Positions 10,643 through 21,376 of a stretch of DNA of 64,000 nt are shown here, piece by piece. Within the stretch, counting starts at the first letter, position 1; each line of letters begins with the position of its first letter. The position numbers and the translations under genes are program-made. Source of the DNA: an uncultured Methanosarcinaceae archaeon (lineage in GTDB: Archaea; Halobacteriota; Methanosarcinia; Methanosarcinales; Methanosarcinaceae); assembly GCA_963721455.1 (NCBI GenBank), contig CAVRJG010000003.1, forward strand, positions 1 to 64,000. The letters are read 5' to 3'. Below the pieces are notes generated by a model, which saw nothing but the letters and a program-made list of their open reading frames with translations, ran no database searches and was not told the DNA's origin.

Positions 10643-11354
10643 ACCGAAATTCTACGATTTTTGCGTTCATGCAACCCCTGATGGGGATAATACCGTTGAG
10701 CAACTGGCTGCCCTTGCCCTGCACTTCAGGTACAGCGGGATTGCGCTTGCAAACCACTCGGATAAGCTTCCTCAATCGCGGCCTTCAATAGCCTCTCCCG
10801 AGGGGTTCGAAATTTTCAGGGGAATCGAACTTGTAGAGGAGAACCCCTCGAAACTTCACGGGCTGATCGGAAAATTCCGGAAGTCAGTAGATGTCCTGAT
10901 AGTGCACGGAGGTTCCGAAGCTGTCAACAGGGCTGCACTGGAGAACCCCAGGGTAGATATACTGAACCATCCGGCTTTTGATAAGAGCAGCGGGTTAAAC
11001 CAGGTGCTTGCAAAAGCAGCCGCTGAAAACGGCGTTGCAATCGGCCTGACATTGAGGCCTCTCCTTCATTCAAGGGGTTCAAGGCGCATCCGCCTGTTGT
11101 CGGATCTCAGGGCAAACCTTGACCTTGCCAGGAAATACGATGTTTCCCTTGTCCTTTCAAGCGATGCGATGTCCTGTTTTGACCTTCGCTCTCCAATGGA
11201 AACACTTGCTCTGGCTGAAGTCTGCGGGCTTGAAGAAGATGAGGCCCTTGAAGCCATGAGTACCGTGCCCGAAAAAATCCTTTCAAGGAACCGCCCCGGC
11301 CCTGGATATATAAGGGAAGGGATTGAAGTGCTTGAGGAGGGAGATTACTTTTGA
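10635..11354 (+). CDS. rnp3: Ribonuclease P protein component 3 (Rpp30)
   Basis: PHP-like fold motifs (NRAALENPRVDIL, SSDAMSCFDLRSP) and operon context. Confidence 0.93.
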   Translation: MGKPKFYDFCVHATPDGDNTVEQLAALALHFRYSGIALANHSDKLPQSRPSIASPEGFEIFRGIELVEENPSKLHGLIGKFRKSVDVLIVHGGSEAVNRAALENPRVDILNHPAFDKSSGLNQVLAKAAAENGVAIGLTLRPLLHSRGSRRIRLLSDLRANLDLARKYDVSLVLSSDAMSCFDLRSPMETLALAEVCGLEEDEALEAMSTVPEKILSRNRPGPGYIREGIEVLEEGDYF

Positions 11355-11734
11355 AACGCCTGCTTCCTTCGCTTCGTGCGAAAAAACGCGATCTGGCCTT
11401 TGAGCTGATTTCCGAGGAGCCCGTAAGCAGGAGTGACCTGGTCAGGGAGGTCATGTCTTCTGCGTCCTCATTGCTCGGGGATGTCACTGCCAGTGAATGT
11501 GATATTAAAGTGCTCGGGTTTGAAGACCGGAAGGGTATTATCCAGTGTTCCCATACGAAGGTAAAAGAAACAAGGGCCTCCATGGCAGCTCTCACCCGGG
11601 TTAACGGAAGAAGGGCGACTCTGTACATTCTTGGAACTTCAGGCACGATTAAAAGAGCCACTGAGAAGTTTATCCAGAATCGTACGGCATTTGAGCCCGG
11701 AATCAAGGTAAAACCCGGGACGACTGAGGAATAA
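11351..11734 (+). CDS. rnp2: Ribonuclease P protein component 2 (Pop5)
   Basis: LLPSLRAKKR and GTSGTIKRA motifs. Confidence 0.92.
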   Translation: MKRLLPSLRAKKRDLAFELISEEPVSRSDLVREVMSSASSLLGDVTASECDIKVLGFEDRKGIIQCSHTKVKETRASMAALTRVNGRRATLYILGTSGTIKRATEKFIQNRTAFEPGIKVKPGTTEE

Positions 11735-12573
11735 CGGCAAAATACGGTCCAGAAAAGCTAAATTAAGCAGTTTTTCCGGTGTTACTGGATTTTGTGACAG
11801 GATTAAATATCATCAGCCTTGAAGCTGCCAGGAAGCTATTTAATCAACTGTCAGGATGCTGTCTAATATATACTATGATGAATGAGTATTAGTGTAACGA
11901 AGTATAATATTGATTGGCAGGACTGATTGACAGAAAAATAGCTGTTCCGGAACTTCTGGAAGGTTAGTCCGGATGACTGCTAACCTGATCGGAAGGCAAC
12001 CTGAAACTCAGATGCAGTGAAAATGTGGAAGCTAGAATCCTTCCACGCAGGTGTCAAAATCCGGTTTAAAGTACCGGAAAACCCTGGCTCTCACAAGCAT
12101 TATAACTGAGTAAATACACTTTAATAACGGACTTAGTTAACATTGGAACCGGACCTTAAAAACCATTAAAAAGGTCTCTCAAGTGCGCAAATCCAGATTA
12201 TGCCTGGAAAACGTACTTTGCAGGGTAGAAGTGCCTTTGAATTCCCTGTAACTTGGGTATTTTCCGCTGGTTTCGTCCGATAAAATCTTTCAGGATTGAA
12301 AGTCCCGAATAAAAGGTTAAAAACTCTAATAAGGAAGAAATGCCTTATAAGAATCAAAAGTCGGTTTCCTTACCTGAATGCTTGGTCGGGGACTTCAAGC
12401 TCCTGAATTTTCGGGATGTCCGCACAGTTTACGATCACTGACCAAAGCCTTTTTGGGGAAGGCGGTGATTTAGCTGACGATCCTGCGGATAGAGATCTTA
12501 AATGAAAAAAGACCGGTCTCTGGCCGGGAAGATTGCAAACAATATAGAATATAATTTAAGGGAGATACGGATT

Positions 12574-13323
12574 ATGCAGATGGCACCACAGATGGGCTAT
12601 GACAGGGCAATTACGGTTTTTAGCCCCGACGGAAGACTTTTTCAGGTAGAATATGCCCGCGAAGCGGTCAAAAGGGGAACAACAGCCGTGGGAATCAAGG
12701 CAGCCGATGGGGTAGTGCTGCTGGTTGACAAGAGAATAACGAGCAGGCTTGTGGAAGCTGAATCGATTGAAAAAATATTCCAGATTGATGACCACATAGG
12801 AGCCGCAACCTCAGGGCTTGTGGCAGACGCCCGCGCTCTTATTGATAGGGCCCGTGTAGAAGCGCAGGTCAACAGGGTTTCTTATGACGAACCCATAGGT
12901 GTGGAGGTTATCTCCAAGAAAATCTGCGACCACAAACAGACCTACACTCAGTACGGCGGAGTTCGCCCCTACGGGACCGCACTCCTGATTGCAGGTGTAG
13001 AAGACAATGCGCCAAGGCTATTTGAGACCGACCCGAGCGGCGCTCTTCTGGAATACAAGGCAACAGCTATCGGAGCAGGCAGAAATGCGGTCGTTGAGGT
13101 CTTTGAGGCGGATTACAGGGAAGACATGAACATTGATGCGGCTATTCTCCTCGGGATGGATGCGCTCTATAAAGCTGCTGAAGGCAAGTTCGATGCCGGA
13201 ACTCTTGAAGTGGGTATCGTGTCCCTTCAGGATAAGAAGTTCAGAAAATTAGTTCCTGAAGAAGTTCAGAATTATGTTAACCAGATCCTTGAGAAACACC
13301 GAGGAACTGAACACAAAGAGTAA
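12574..13323 (+). CDS. psmA: Proteasome subunit alpha
   Basis: [25 protein letters not shown] signature. The start was moved to MQMAPQMG, which follows an AGGGAG RBS. Confidence 0.98.
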   Translation: MQMAPQMGYDRAITVFSPDGRLFQVEYAREAVKRGTTAVGIKAADGVVLLVDKRITSRLVEAESIEKIFQIDDHIGAATSGLVADARALIDRARVEAQVNRVSYDEPIGVEVISKKICDHKQTYTQYGGVRPYGTALLIAGVEDNAPRLFETDPSGALLEYKATAIGAGRNAVVEVFEADYREDMNIDAAILLGMDALYKAAEGKFDAGTLEVGIVSLQDKKFRKLVPEEVQNYVNQILEKHRGTEHKE

Positions 13324-13403
13324 AACCTATATCATATTTAGAGAATGGGTAATCAGAATATTCTCTGATTCTCAAACTTAAATTTTGGAGAAGGTATTTG
13401 AAA

Positions 13404-14096
13404 ATGGTGTCCCTGGACGAGGCAGTGACTGCACGGCTCAAAAGAGGCAGCAAACATTTCGAAGTCCTGGTCGAGCCCGAAGGGGCTCTGGCCTACAAGC
13501 GAGGAGAAGAAGTAAACCTGGAAAACGTTCTGGCAGTTGAAACTATCTTCGAAGACGCAAACCGAGGGGACCGGGCAGCAGAATCTGATATAATTAATTC
13601 TTTTGAGACGGCGGACCCCCTTAAGATTGCTGCCGTGATTCTGAAAAACGGCGAGCTTCAGCTTACAGCTGAGCAAAGAAAACGTATGCTTGAGGAAAAA
13701 AAGAGAAAAGTTATCTATACCATTTCCAGAAATGCAATAAATCCCCAGACAAGAGCACCGCATCCTCCCGCAAGGATTGAAAGGGCGATGGAAGAAGCAA
13801 AGGTGCATATAGACCCCTTAAAAAGCGTGGATCAGCTGGTAACTATTACAATGAAAGCTATTCGCCCGCTTATACCCATACGCTTTGAAGAAATCAATAT
13901 TGCTGTGAAAATCCCTCCCGAATATGCTCCCAAAGCATACGGAGATATTTCCAAGGCCGGAAGCATTACGAAAGAAGAATGGCAGCGTGACGGCTCCTGG
14001 GTTGCAGTGGTAAGAATTCCGGCAGGAGTCCAGACTGATTTTTACGCTCTTATAAATCATCTTACGAAGGGAGAGGCTCAAACTAAACTTTTATAA
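13404..14096 (+). CDS. Ribosome maturation factor SBDS/Sdo1
   Basis: [35 protein letters not shown] and operon context. Confidence 0.96.
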   Translation: MVSLDEAVTARLKRGSKHFEVLVEPEGALAYKRGEEVNLENVLAVETIFEDANRGDRAAESDIINSFETADPLKIAAVILKNGELQLTAEQRKRMLEEKKRKVIYTISRNAINPQTRAPHPPARIERAMEEAKVHIDPLKSVDQLVTITMKAIRPLIPIRFEEINIAVKIPPEYAPKAYGDISKAGSITKEEWQRDGSWVAVVRIPAGVQTDFYALINHLTKGEAQTKLL

Positions 14097-14107
14097 GAGG
14101 ATGTTGG

Positions 14108-14890
14108 ATGGATAAAAAAATAGTGATCCCTGGTGACCTGTTATCCGAGAATACGAGAAAAGCCGGATACGGGACGTATGTCAAGAACGACAAGATCTAT
14201 TCTTCGTTTTGTGGTATTGAAAATCTCAAAGAGGATAAAGTTGGAGTGATCCCTCTCGCGGGAGTCTATATTCCTTCCGTAAATGATGTGGTGATCGGGA
14301 TCGTTATTGTGGTTACGCCATCCAACTGGATAATGAACATTGCCTCTCCTTATGACGGCCTGTTCCATGTATCCGAGTTTCCGAGGAGAGTCGAATCCCG
14401 GGAGATGCCTGAAATTATGGGTGTAGGAGATTCTGTAATCCTCCGGGTAAAAGATGTAGACAGTTCCATGAAAGTCGAGCTTGCCCTCCGGGATTCGAAC
14501 TTCCATAAGCTTAAAACAGGCCAGATTGTCGAAGTTGAGCCTGTGAAAGTCCCACGTGTGATAGGACACGGCGGTTCCATGATCTCAATGCTGAAGAAAG
14601 AAACGAACTGCAGCATTTTCGTTGGTCAGAACGGCAGAATATGGGTCGATGGAAAGGACGAGGACGTGGAGCTTTTGAGTAAGGCTCTCCGAAAGATCGA
14701 AGCCGAAGCCCAGCGTTCCGGGTTGACAGATCGGATCTATAATTTTTTGAAAAATGAGCGGATTAGGCAGAATGAGTCCAAGCCCGTTAAGTTTTTTAAA
14801 AGCGGAAACAAAGATGTGAAGTTAGCAAAAGAAGATCATTCCGAAGAAATATACAGGAAGATCGATGTATTGCTGGACCCGAATAATTGA
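14108..14890 (+). CDS. rrp4: Exosome RNA-binding protein Rrp4
   Basis: S1 and KH domains (VPRVIGHGGSMI, VGQNGRIWV). Confidence 0.96.
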   Translation: MDKKIVIPGDLLSENTRKAGYGTYVKNDKIYSSFCGIENLKEDKVGVIPLAGVYIPSVNDVVIGIVIVVTPSNWIMNIASPYDGLFHVSEFPRRVESREMPEIMGVGDSVILRVKDVDSSMKVELALRDSNFHKLKTGQIVEVEPVKVPRVIGHGGSMISMLKKETNCSIFVGQNGRIWVDGKDEDVELLSKALRKIEAEAQRSGLTDRIYNFLKNERIRQNESKPVKFFKSGNKDVKLAKEDHSEEIYRKIDVLLDPNN

Positions 14891-14964
14891 ATTCCGGATA
14901 GTCATGGGATTTTAGGGAAGCTTCTGTAGAGTAGTTGTTTTAGGAGTTTGTTGGAGATTAAAGT

Positions 14965-16431
14965 ATGAGTGATAAACCCGAAAAATTAATCACTGATGAT
15001 GGGTTGCGCCTTGACGGGAGGCATGCGGATGAAATAAGGCCCATGAAAATTGAGATCGGCGTACTTTCCAGAGCCGACGGTTCATGTTATCTTGAATGGG
15101 GCAGGAACAAAATCCTGGTAGGCGTATTTGGCCCGAGAGAAGCGCATCCCCGCCGTTCACAGCGCGCAGATACTGCAGTTATCCGTTACAAGTATAATAT
15201 GGCTTCTTTTTCTGTGGAAGACCGCGCCAGGCCCGGACCCAGCAGACGGAGCATCGAAATTTCAAAGGTTTCCAGGGAAGCTTTCGAGCCGGTAATTATG
15301 GCAGAGCTTTTCCCGAAAACAGCAATTGATATTTTTGTGGAAGTGCTTCAAGCCGATGCAGGGACAAGGACAGCAGCAATCAATGCTTCAAGCATAGCTC
15401 TTGCAGATGCCGGAATTCCGATGAAGGGTCTCGTTACCTCCTGTGCCTTCGGAAAAGTTGACGGGCAGATAGTGCTTGACCTCAACAAGGAAGAAGATAA
15501 TTATGGTGAGGCTGATTTTCCTGTCGCAATGACCCAGGATGGAGAAATCACCCTGCTCCAGATGGACGGGCACCTTACTTCTGAGGAAATTAAGAAAGGT
15601 CTCGAACTTGTAAAGAAAGGCTGCAAGGAAATTCTCGAAATTCAGCAGGCAGTCCTTAGAAAGAAGTTTGAAACCCCTGTTGAAGGGCCTGCAGAAGAGG
15701 CCTCAGAGACTTCAGATACTGATAATGAAGTCGTAGACGCGGGAGTCCCCCTTGAATACGCTTCAGAGGCAGTAGCTGTCGAAGAGGCCCTTGAAGAAAC
15801 CGAAGAACTTGAAGGGACGGTCTCCGAAGAAATCGTTGAAGCTGGTGCTGTTACTGAAGCGGTTCCCGAATTCGAGGAGCTTGAAGGGATAATTAAAGAA
15901 GCCGAAGCCGGAGTAGAAGAGGAAACTATAGAAGAAGTAATTGAATCTGAAATCGAAGAAGAGGCTGAAGAAGAGGCTTTTGAAGACGAAGCTGATTTTG
16001 AAGCTTCTTTTGAGGCTTCTTTTGAGGAAGTTCCCGAACCTGAAGAATTTGAAGAACTTGAGCCCGAAGGAGCTGTTTCCGGGGAAGAAGAAAAAGAATT
16101 CGAGCCCGAGATTGAGGAATTTGCTGAAGAGGAACCCCAGCTTGAAGAAGAACTCGAGGTTGAAGAGGAAGCCGGAATTGAAGAAACTGCTTCAGAAGAA
16201 ACTTTTGAATCCGAACCAGAGGTTGAGTCAGAAGCCGAGTCCGGGGAAGAGGTTCCTGCCGAAGAACAAACAGAAGCTGAAGAAGAGCCTGAAGAAGAGC
16301 CTGAAGGGGAGCCTGAAGGGGAGCCTGAAGGGAAGCCTGAAGAGGAGCCTGAAGAAGAAAAGTGCGAAGGACCCTGGAAAGTCGTAAAAGACCCCTCTGA
16401 ATCCGGAAGCAGAGGTGAAAACTATGAGTGA
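14965..16431 (+). CDS. rrp41: Exosome exonuclease Rrp41 with a long Glu-rich C-terminal extension
   Basis: RNase PH domain (RLDGR, ADGS, QADAGTRTAAINA) followed by about 250 aa of acidic low-complexity tail. Confidence 0.96.
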   Translation: MSDKPEKLITDDGLRLDGRHADEIRPMKIEIGVLSRADGSCYLEWGRNKILVGVFGPREAHPRRSQRADTAVIRYKYNMASFSVEDRARPGPSRRSIEISKVSREAFEPVIMAELFPKTAIDIFVEVLQADAGTRTAAINASSIALADAGIPMKGLVTSCAFGKVDGQIVLDLNKEEDNYGEADFPVAMTQDGEITLLQMDGHLTSEEIKKGLELVKKGCKEILEIQQAVLRKKFETPVEGPAEEASETSDTDNEVVDAGVPLEYASEAVAVEEALEETEELEGTVSEEIVEAGAVTEAVPEFEELEGIIKEAEAGVEEETIEEVIESEIEEEAEEEAFEDEADFEASFEASFEEVPEPEEFEELEPEGAVSGEEEKEFEPEIEEFAEEEPQLEEELEVEEEAGIEETASEETFESEPEVESEAESGEEVPAEEQTEAEEEPEEEPEGEPEGEPEGKPEEEPEEEKCEGPWKVVKDPSESGSRGENYE

Positions 16432-17215
16432 GATTATTGCCACACTTAAGAAGGACTATATTTACAACCTTATGATCAAAGGAAAGCGCCAGGACGGGCG
16501 CGGATTTAAGGATTTCAGGGATATCAAGCTCGAAACAAATGTTATCTCCAAAGCCGAAGGTTCGGCAAAGGTTACCCTTGGAGACACCCAGGTCCTTGTA
16601 GGGGTGAAGCTTCAGAAAGGAACTCCTTTTCCAGACTCGCAAGACGAAGGCGTGATTATTACCAATCTGGAACTCAACCCTATTGCTTCCCCTGAGTTTG
16701 AGCCAGGGCCGCCCAGAGAAGAAGCAATCGAAATGGCAAGGGTCGTAGATAGGGGTATCCGGGAATCGGGCGCAATTGATATAAAGAAGCTTTGCATAAC
16801 CGTTGGAGAATCCGTCTGGATCGTCTTCATAGATGTCCATATCCTCAATGACGACGGAAATCTCATTGATGCGTCCTGTCTCGCTGCCATTGCGGCTCTT
16901 ATGACCACGATTGTCCCGAACGAACAGCAGGGACTAGGTATGAATGTGCCCCTTGCAATGAAAGAGATACCAGTGGGCGTGACTCTTGCTAAGATCGGCT
17001 CAAAGCTGATGGTGGATCCTTCACTGGATGAGGGAGCAGTTTGTGAGACAAAATTGACAGTGGTTTCAAGTTCGGACGGATCTGTTGCCGGCATGCAGAA
17101 AATGGGCTCTGCCTCTTTCACCGAGGCAGAAGTGCTGGAAGCAATTGATATGGCATGCGAAAAGGCAGCCGAACTCAGGGAACTTTACCTGGAAGCACTG
17201 GTAAAGCAAGAATAA
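16424..17215 (+). CDS. rrp42: Exosome component Rrp42
   Basis: GKRQDGRGFKDFR, ARVVDRGIRES and DDGNLIDA motifs. Confidence 0.96.
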   Translation: MSEIIATLKKDYIYNLMIKGKRQDGRGFKDFRDIKLETNVISKAEGSAKVTLGDTQVLVGVKLQKGTPFPDSQDEGVIITNLELNPIASPEFEPGPPREEAIEMARVVDRGIRESGAIDIKKLCITVGESVWIVFIDVHILNDDGNLIDASCLAAIAALMTTIVPNEQQGLGMNVPLAMKEIPVGVTLAKIGSKLMVDPSLDEGAVCETKLTVVSSSDGSVAGMQKMGSASFTEAEVLEAIDMACEKAAELRELYLEALVKQE

Positions 17216-17378
17216 ATCGGGCAGATTAATTAAATATAAATATTAAATGCCAGTATTACGGTCTAAGCGCATGTGCAATAGGTGATTAACGGAACCGGAG
17301 AATCTGGGTCTCAGGGACCTGACCCGTGGGCCAGCCGGTTCCAGGTTAAATCACTCGGACTAAACGTTTACATTTTAA

Positions 17379-17675
<297 letters not shown>

Positions 17676-17695
17676 AATCTTAAGGTTGTGGTTGT

Positions 17696-17833
17696 ATGGG
17701 TTATAAGTGCACTCGATGTAAACAGAAAGTGGAAGTCGACTACGAGTACACAGGCATAAGGTGTCCGTACTGCGGACACAGAATCCTGGTAAAAGAGCGT
17801 CCTACAACCATCAAGCGCATCAAGGCCGAGTAA
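17696..17833 (+). CDS. rpoP: DNA-directed RNA polymerase subunit P (Rpo12), missed by the ORF track
   Basis: Manual translation [45 protein letters not shown] (45 aa), in the conserved position. Confidence 0.96.
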   Translation: MGYKCTRCKQKVEVDYEYTGIRCPYCGHRILVKERPTTIKRIKAE

Positions 17834-17838
17834 GGAGT

Positions 17839-18312
17839 ATGTTAGTTACTTCTTCTCGCAAACCTTCTGCAAAGACCCGGACGCTTTGCAAGTTGCTTTC
17901 GCGGTTTATAGCCGGCAGGTCTATGACGCGCGGAAAGATGGGCATGCAGGAACTTCTGGAGTTTGCAGAGGGCCGGCCCCTCATGGTCGTAGGAGAGTAC
18001 CACGGAAATCCCGGGGAACTCAGCTTTTATGATGAAAACGGAAAGCTTCTTTTTTCTCTCAGGTTTACGGACTGGTATTCTCAGGAACTCGATTCTTACT
18101 GGTTTCCGGATATTGAGCCCGCGCTCACAGGCCAGGGAGAGATTGCGGATGCCTTTGAGTCTTTTTTCCATTTTCAGAGGGTTGAAAGCGATAAAATTGA
18201 TCAACTCCCTCCCCGTTTTACTTTAATAGCGGTTGGGGAAAAAGATATCAATTTTATGGGCAGCGGAAAGTCCCTTTTTAAGCTTAATATCAAAGGCTTT
18301 AAAAAGTATTGA
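17839..18312 (+). CDS. Brix-domain ribosome biogenesis protein
   Basis: [18 protein letters not shown] and EYHGNPG motifs, with a GGAG RBS before ATG 17839. Confidence 0.9.
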   Translation: MLVTSSRKPSAKTRTLCKLLSRFIAGRSMTRGKMGMQELLEFAEGRPLMVVGEYHGNPGELSFYDENGKLLFSLRFTDWYSQELDSYWFPDIEPALTGQGEIADAFESFFHFQRVESDKIDQLPPRFTLIAVGEKDINFMGSGKSLFKLNIKGFKKY

Positions 18313-18450
18313 CTTCCAAATCCTTATTTTAAAACTCAATTTTATAAGTTTATAATTTCGAGACCGATTTTCAATGCAAAATTGCAAATCCATCTTTTCG
18401 GGGTCTTTTCGAAATCCATTTCAGGAGCCAGATTTTTCAGGAGGAATTCC

Positions 18451-18699
18451 TTGAAACTTTTCGCAGAATTTACTTTTGAAACCGAAACTGCAGAAACGAT
18501 CTACAGGGCTGTCCTGCCCGAGCTTAATGATAACTTTTCAGAAAGGTCTGCAATAGGACTGTCCCTTGAGGAAGCAAACAAGCTGGTGCTGAGCGTGAAA
18601 GCTGAAGATCCGGTTTCCCTTCGCTCTGCCATTAATACCTGGTTCAGGCTCATCCAGATTGCCCAGGAAGTCCTTGAAGCTACAACTGAAGCCCGATGA
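18451..18699 (+). CDS. pcc1: KEOPS complex subunit Pcc1
   Basis: IYRAVLPE, ERS and AEDPVSLRSAINTWFRLI. TTG start after GGAGG. Confidence 0.88.
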   Translation: MKLFAEFTFETETAETIYRAVLPELNDNFSERSAIGLSLEEANKLVLSVKAEDPVSLRSAINTWFRLIQIAQEVLEATTEAR

Positions 18700-18961
18700 T
18701 GCGGAGTTTTGACAGGCAGGTTTGAGAAGATATGAAAGTGATATGGGAAATGATATTGGAGATGAAAGTAAAAAAGTAGATGTAATATAAAAAAATTAAA
18801 TGAGATTTAATTTAAGCTCTTTTAACTCCGGCAAGCAAAAAAGAGAAATTATTTTTGTGCTTTCCGGCAGTTTATGTCCAGGCTGAAGGTCTGCTTCAAT
18901 TCATTACACTGTAAACCTCTTTTCTGAGCTTTTTTCTGTCCCTGATCCTTAGCATTTATTC

Positions 18962-19135
18962 TTAATATCTTGCTGCTCCGGATTTTCTCGATTTGGGACC
19001 TCTATCTGGCCTGAAAGCCCGCTCCGGGCACTTCTTAGAATCGGTTTTCCCGCGTACTTCAAAGCCGAGGCTGAAACATTCACCTTTTAGCTCATCAATA
19101 GCCGTATAAAATCTGCAATCTTGGCATGTAGGCAT
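18962..19135 (-). CDS. Small 4-Cys protein resembling the BssC/TutF (benzylsuccinate synthase gamma subunit) family
   Basis: MPTCQDCRFY...KGECF...KKCPERAF, 57 aa, with a GGAGGT RBS upstream of ATG 19135. Confidence 0.65.
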   Translation of the reverse strand: MPTCQDCRFYTAIDELKGECFSLGFEVRGKTDSKKCPERAFRPDRGPKSRKSGAARY

Positions 19136-19577
19136 TCGGATTACTACCTCCAGGTATGTGAAGGCCATCTGGTTTTCATTCCAGAGTGTTTGCCTGGATA
19201 CAACCTCCGAAGCTAGAAACCGCTTCTCTCCAGACATCTAAGTACAGAGATGTATCCTCTAAATAATATGTATATGTAAATAAAACATTTTTGGTAGGCT
19301 GACCTGAAAGAAGGATAAGGTTCAGATTCGGTTAACTGCCGGAAAATTCCCATAACTAACTAAAGTTATTTATATTCGAACACAGAAAGCTTTTACCGGC
19401 AATCAGGTACCGCCTCTCTTTTAAATTTTTAGCCGCATTAAAGGCAAAACCTGCAAAGCACTTTGGTTAAGACTAATAACAGAAACGGACTATTCTGAGG
19501 CTTATCAATTGTCGAAGTTACAGGAAAGCGTACCGTCCCGCATGAACTTTTCCGGTAGAACGCAGCTGGTTTTAATT

Positions 19578-19973
19578 TCAGATCCCCTCATAGTCCTCAA
19601 ATTCCACATCAAGTATCTCGAGTTCCCTTACTTTTCCCTCCCTATCATAGCATGTCCAGCTCTGCCTATCGTAGGGGCGGCCCACTATGATATGGCAATT
19701 TCCGGTTTTTGAAAAAAGGTGCAGGTCAGCCTCTGAAGGACTGCGGTTCGGACCCGGATGGCTATGGACCGAGCCGACTGCTTTAATGTTCGGCATCATA
19801 TAAAGCCTGAGAACTGCATTTGTATCACTGGATTCGGTACCAGGCAGTATAAGCACTTCAGTAATAATGCCGTCTTTTTCCTGCAAAAGTCCGGCAAATT
19901 CCTCCGGAGCCATGGACTTGCTTGCTTCGAGGACAAAGTTGAGGGTATCACGGGCTATTCCCTTAATTTGCAT
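19578..19973 (-). CDS. JAMM/MPN+ (Mov34) metalloprotease
   Basis: E...HSHPGPNRSPSEAD matches the E-HxH-x7-S-x2-D JAMM motif. Confidence 0.93.
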   Translation of the reverse strand: MQIKGIARDTLNFVLEASKSMAPEEFAGLLQEKDGIITEVLILPGTESSDTNAVLRLYMMPNIKAVGSVHSHPGPNRSPSEADLHLFSKTGNCHIIVGRPYDRQSWTCYDREGKVRELEILDVEFEDYEGI

Positions 19974-20319
19974 AGAGGATTATTCTCCTGAAAAGGTATA
20001 TGTTTTCTGTGGTAACTCAAAAAAAGTGTATGCAACTATAAAAATTTGCAGCATCACCATTCCTACATATTTTACGAAAGTATGCCTTCTCTGTGTTTCA
20101 TCATGTTTCATTTCTTTCATTTCAAACCTCAGTAAATTAATTTTGAATTTAGAATGAAACACAGTTGAAAAGTTAAATCACATAATACTTTTAATACTTT
20201 TCTCTATAAAGAAAGCTATTTGAATAAAAAATAATTATTTCCTAATTATCAACCGAGTTTTGTATAAATTTAGTTTTTTCTACGATACAGAACTTTTCAA
20301 GCTTATTGAATTTATATAA

Positions 20320-20454
20320 CTCGAGAAGGCCAGCCAGGATAAAGAGGACCTTAAGCAAACGCATAATAATTATTTCCTGCAGGTTCAAACATTAATTAAT
20401 CAGAAGGCCATAGAAGCACCTGGGTATAAAAAAGCATGGTGGAAATTTTGGTGA
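20320..20454 (+). repeat. 'KPWWKFW' block copy A (start-less coding fragment)
   Basis: Translates LEKASQDKEDLKQTHNNYFLQVQTLINQKAIEAPGYKKAWWKFW*, immediately preceded by an in-frame TAA. Confidence 0.85.
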
Positions 20455-20511
20455 AACATCTCAAACAAATCTATAGAAAAATATATAAGATGTAGCAGTT
20501 GTCTATCTTGT

Positions 20512-20787
20512 ATGAGAAACGAAATGTCAGATGAACAAAAGGAAATTGCAATATGTCTGCATGAATTCTATTATCCACTTAAAAAACATATCCAACAATG
20601 CATTAATAAGAATATTATAATGAAGAAAGACGATCTTCAAAAATTTATAACCTTAAAATGTGTAACAGGAGACGTGCTCTATAAATGTAAAGAATATTCA
20701 AAAAACCCTACAAAAGATATGATGGTGAAATTATTTTGGTTTTTAAATCGCGATATCAATCATTACGAAGCGCAATTAAACAAATAA
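20512..20787 (+). CDS. Hypothetical AT-rich protein (91 aa) between repeat copies A and B
   Basis: Intact ORF with an upstream TATA-like aaatatataa. No recognisable family. Confidence 0.55.
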   Translation: MRNEMSDEQKEIAICLHEFYYPLKKHIQQCINKNIIMKKDDLQKFITLKCVTGDVLYKCKEYSKNPTKDMMVKLFWFLNRDINHYEAQLNK

Positions 20788-20863
20788 GAAAAACACGAAT
20801 GATAAACAAATACCTTCTATCCCAATTTTCACATTTTCTTTCGTGGGTGTTATTTCTCAGCTG

Positions 20864-20995
20864 ATGTCTGATTTGAAAAAGAACAAAGAGGACCTTAAGC
20901 ATATGCACAATTAATTCCTGCAGGTTCAAACATTGATTAATCAAAAGGCAATTGAAACGCCCGGAAATAAGAAGCCCTGGTATAAGTTTTGGTAA
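20864..20995 (+). repeat. 'KPWWKFW' block copy B (internal stop)
   Basis: MSDLKKNKEDLKHMHN*FLQVQTLINQKAIETPGNKKPWYKFW*. Confidence 0.85.
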
Positions 20996-21243
20996 ATGTC
21001 CTTTCTGTGTAAGTTTAGCAGCTGCCGCACTACCCGATTTTAGCACAAAAAGAAAATAATTAAGACAAAAACGAAAAAACTTTATACTCATCTAACAAAT
21101 TCAACATGTCAAAAATCGTGCCTTGTTCTGCGATTTTTTGACGTAACAGAAACAAATAGGAATTCCTTTATACTCTCACCGCGAAGTCAGAAGATCCGGA
21201 ATTGTTTCATAGCAAGCAACTTCCAGGCATTTTACAACATCAA

Positions 21244-21276
21244 GCGGGAAGGAGTTGACCACTTCCCGCCTTTTCT
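21244..21276 (+). terminator. GC-rich hairpin followed by a T-tract
   Basis: GCGGGAAG-gagttgacca-CTTCCCGC followed by cttttcttc. Confidence 0.5.
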
Positions 21277-21376
21277 TCATAAAATTTAATGGTATTAGCC
21301 CTCAGTGTAATCGACCTTATTTCGGGTTTCACTTAAACGAGCCTCTATTTTATTTATCCTAAGGCAATCTTTTTTA

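Noticed and set aside
11735-12573. RNase P RNA (rnpB) next to rnp2/rnp3
   Set aside because: I could not find the GAGGAAAGTCC-type P4 signature or its 3' partner on either strand. Kept only as a generic structured-RNA candidate.
15926-16840. Long antisense and alternative-frame ORFs over the rrp41 tail and rrp42 (304 aa, 148 aa)
   Set aside because: Shadow ORFs caused by the low-complexity GAA-rich coding sequence.
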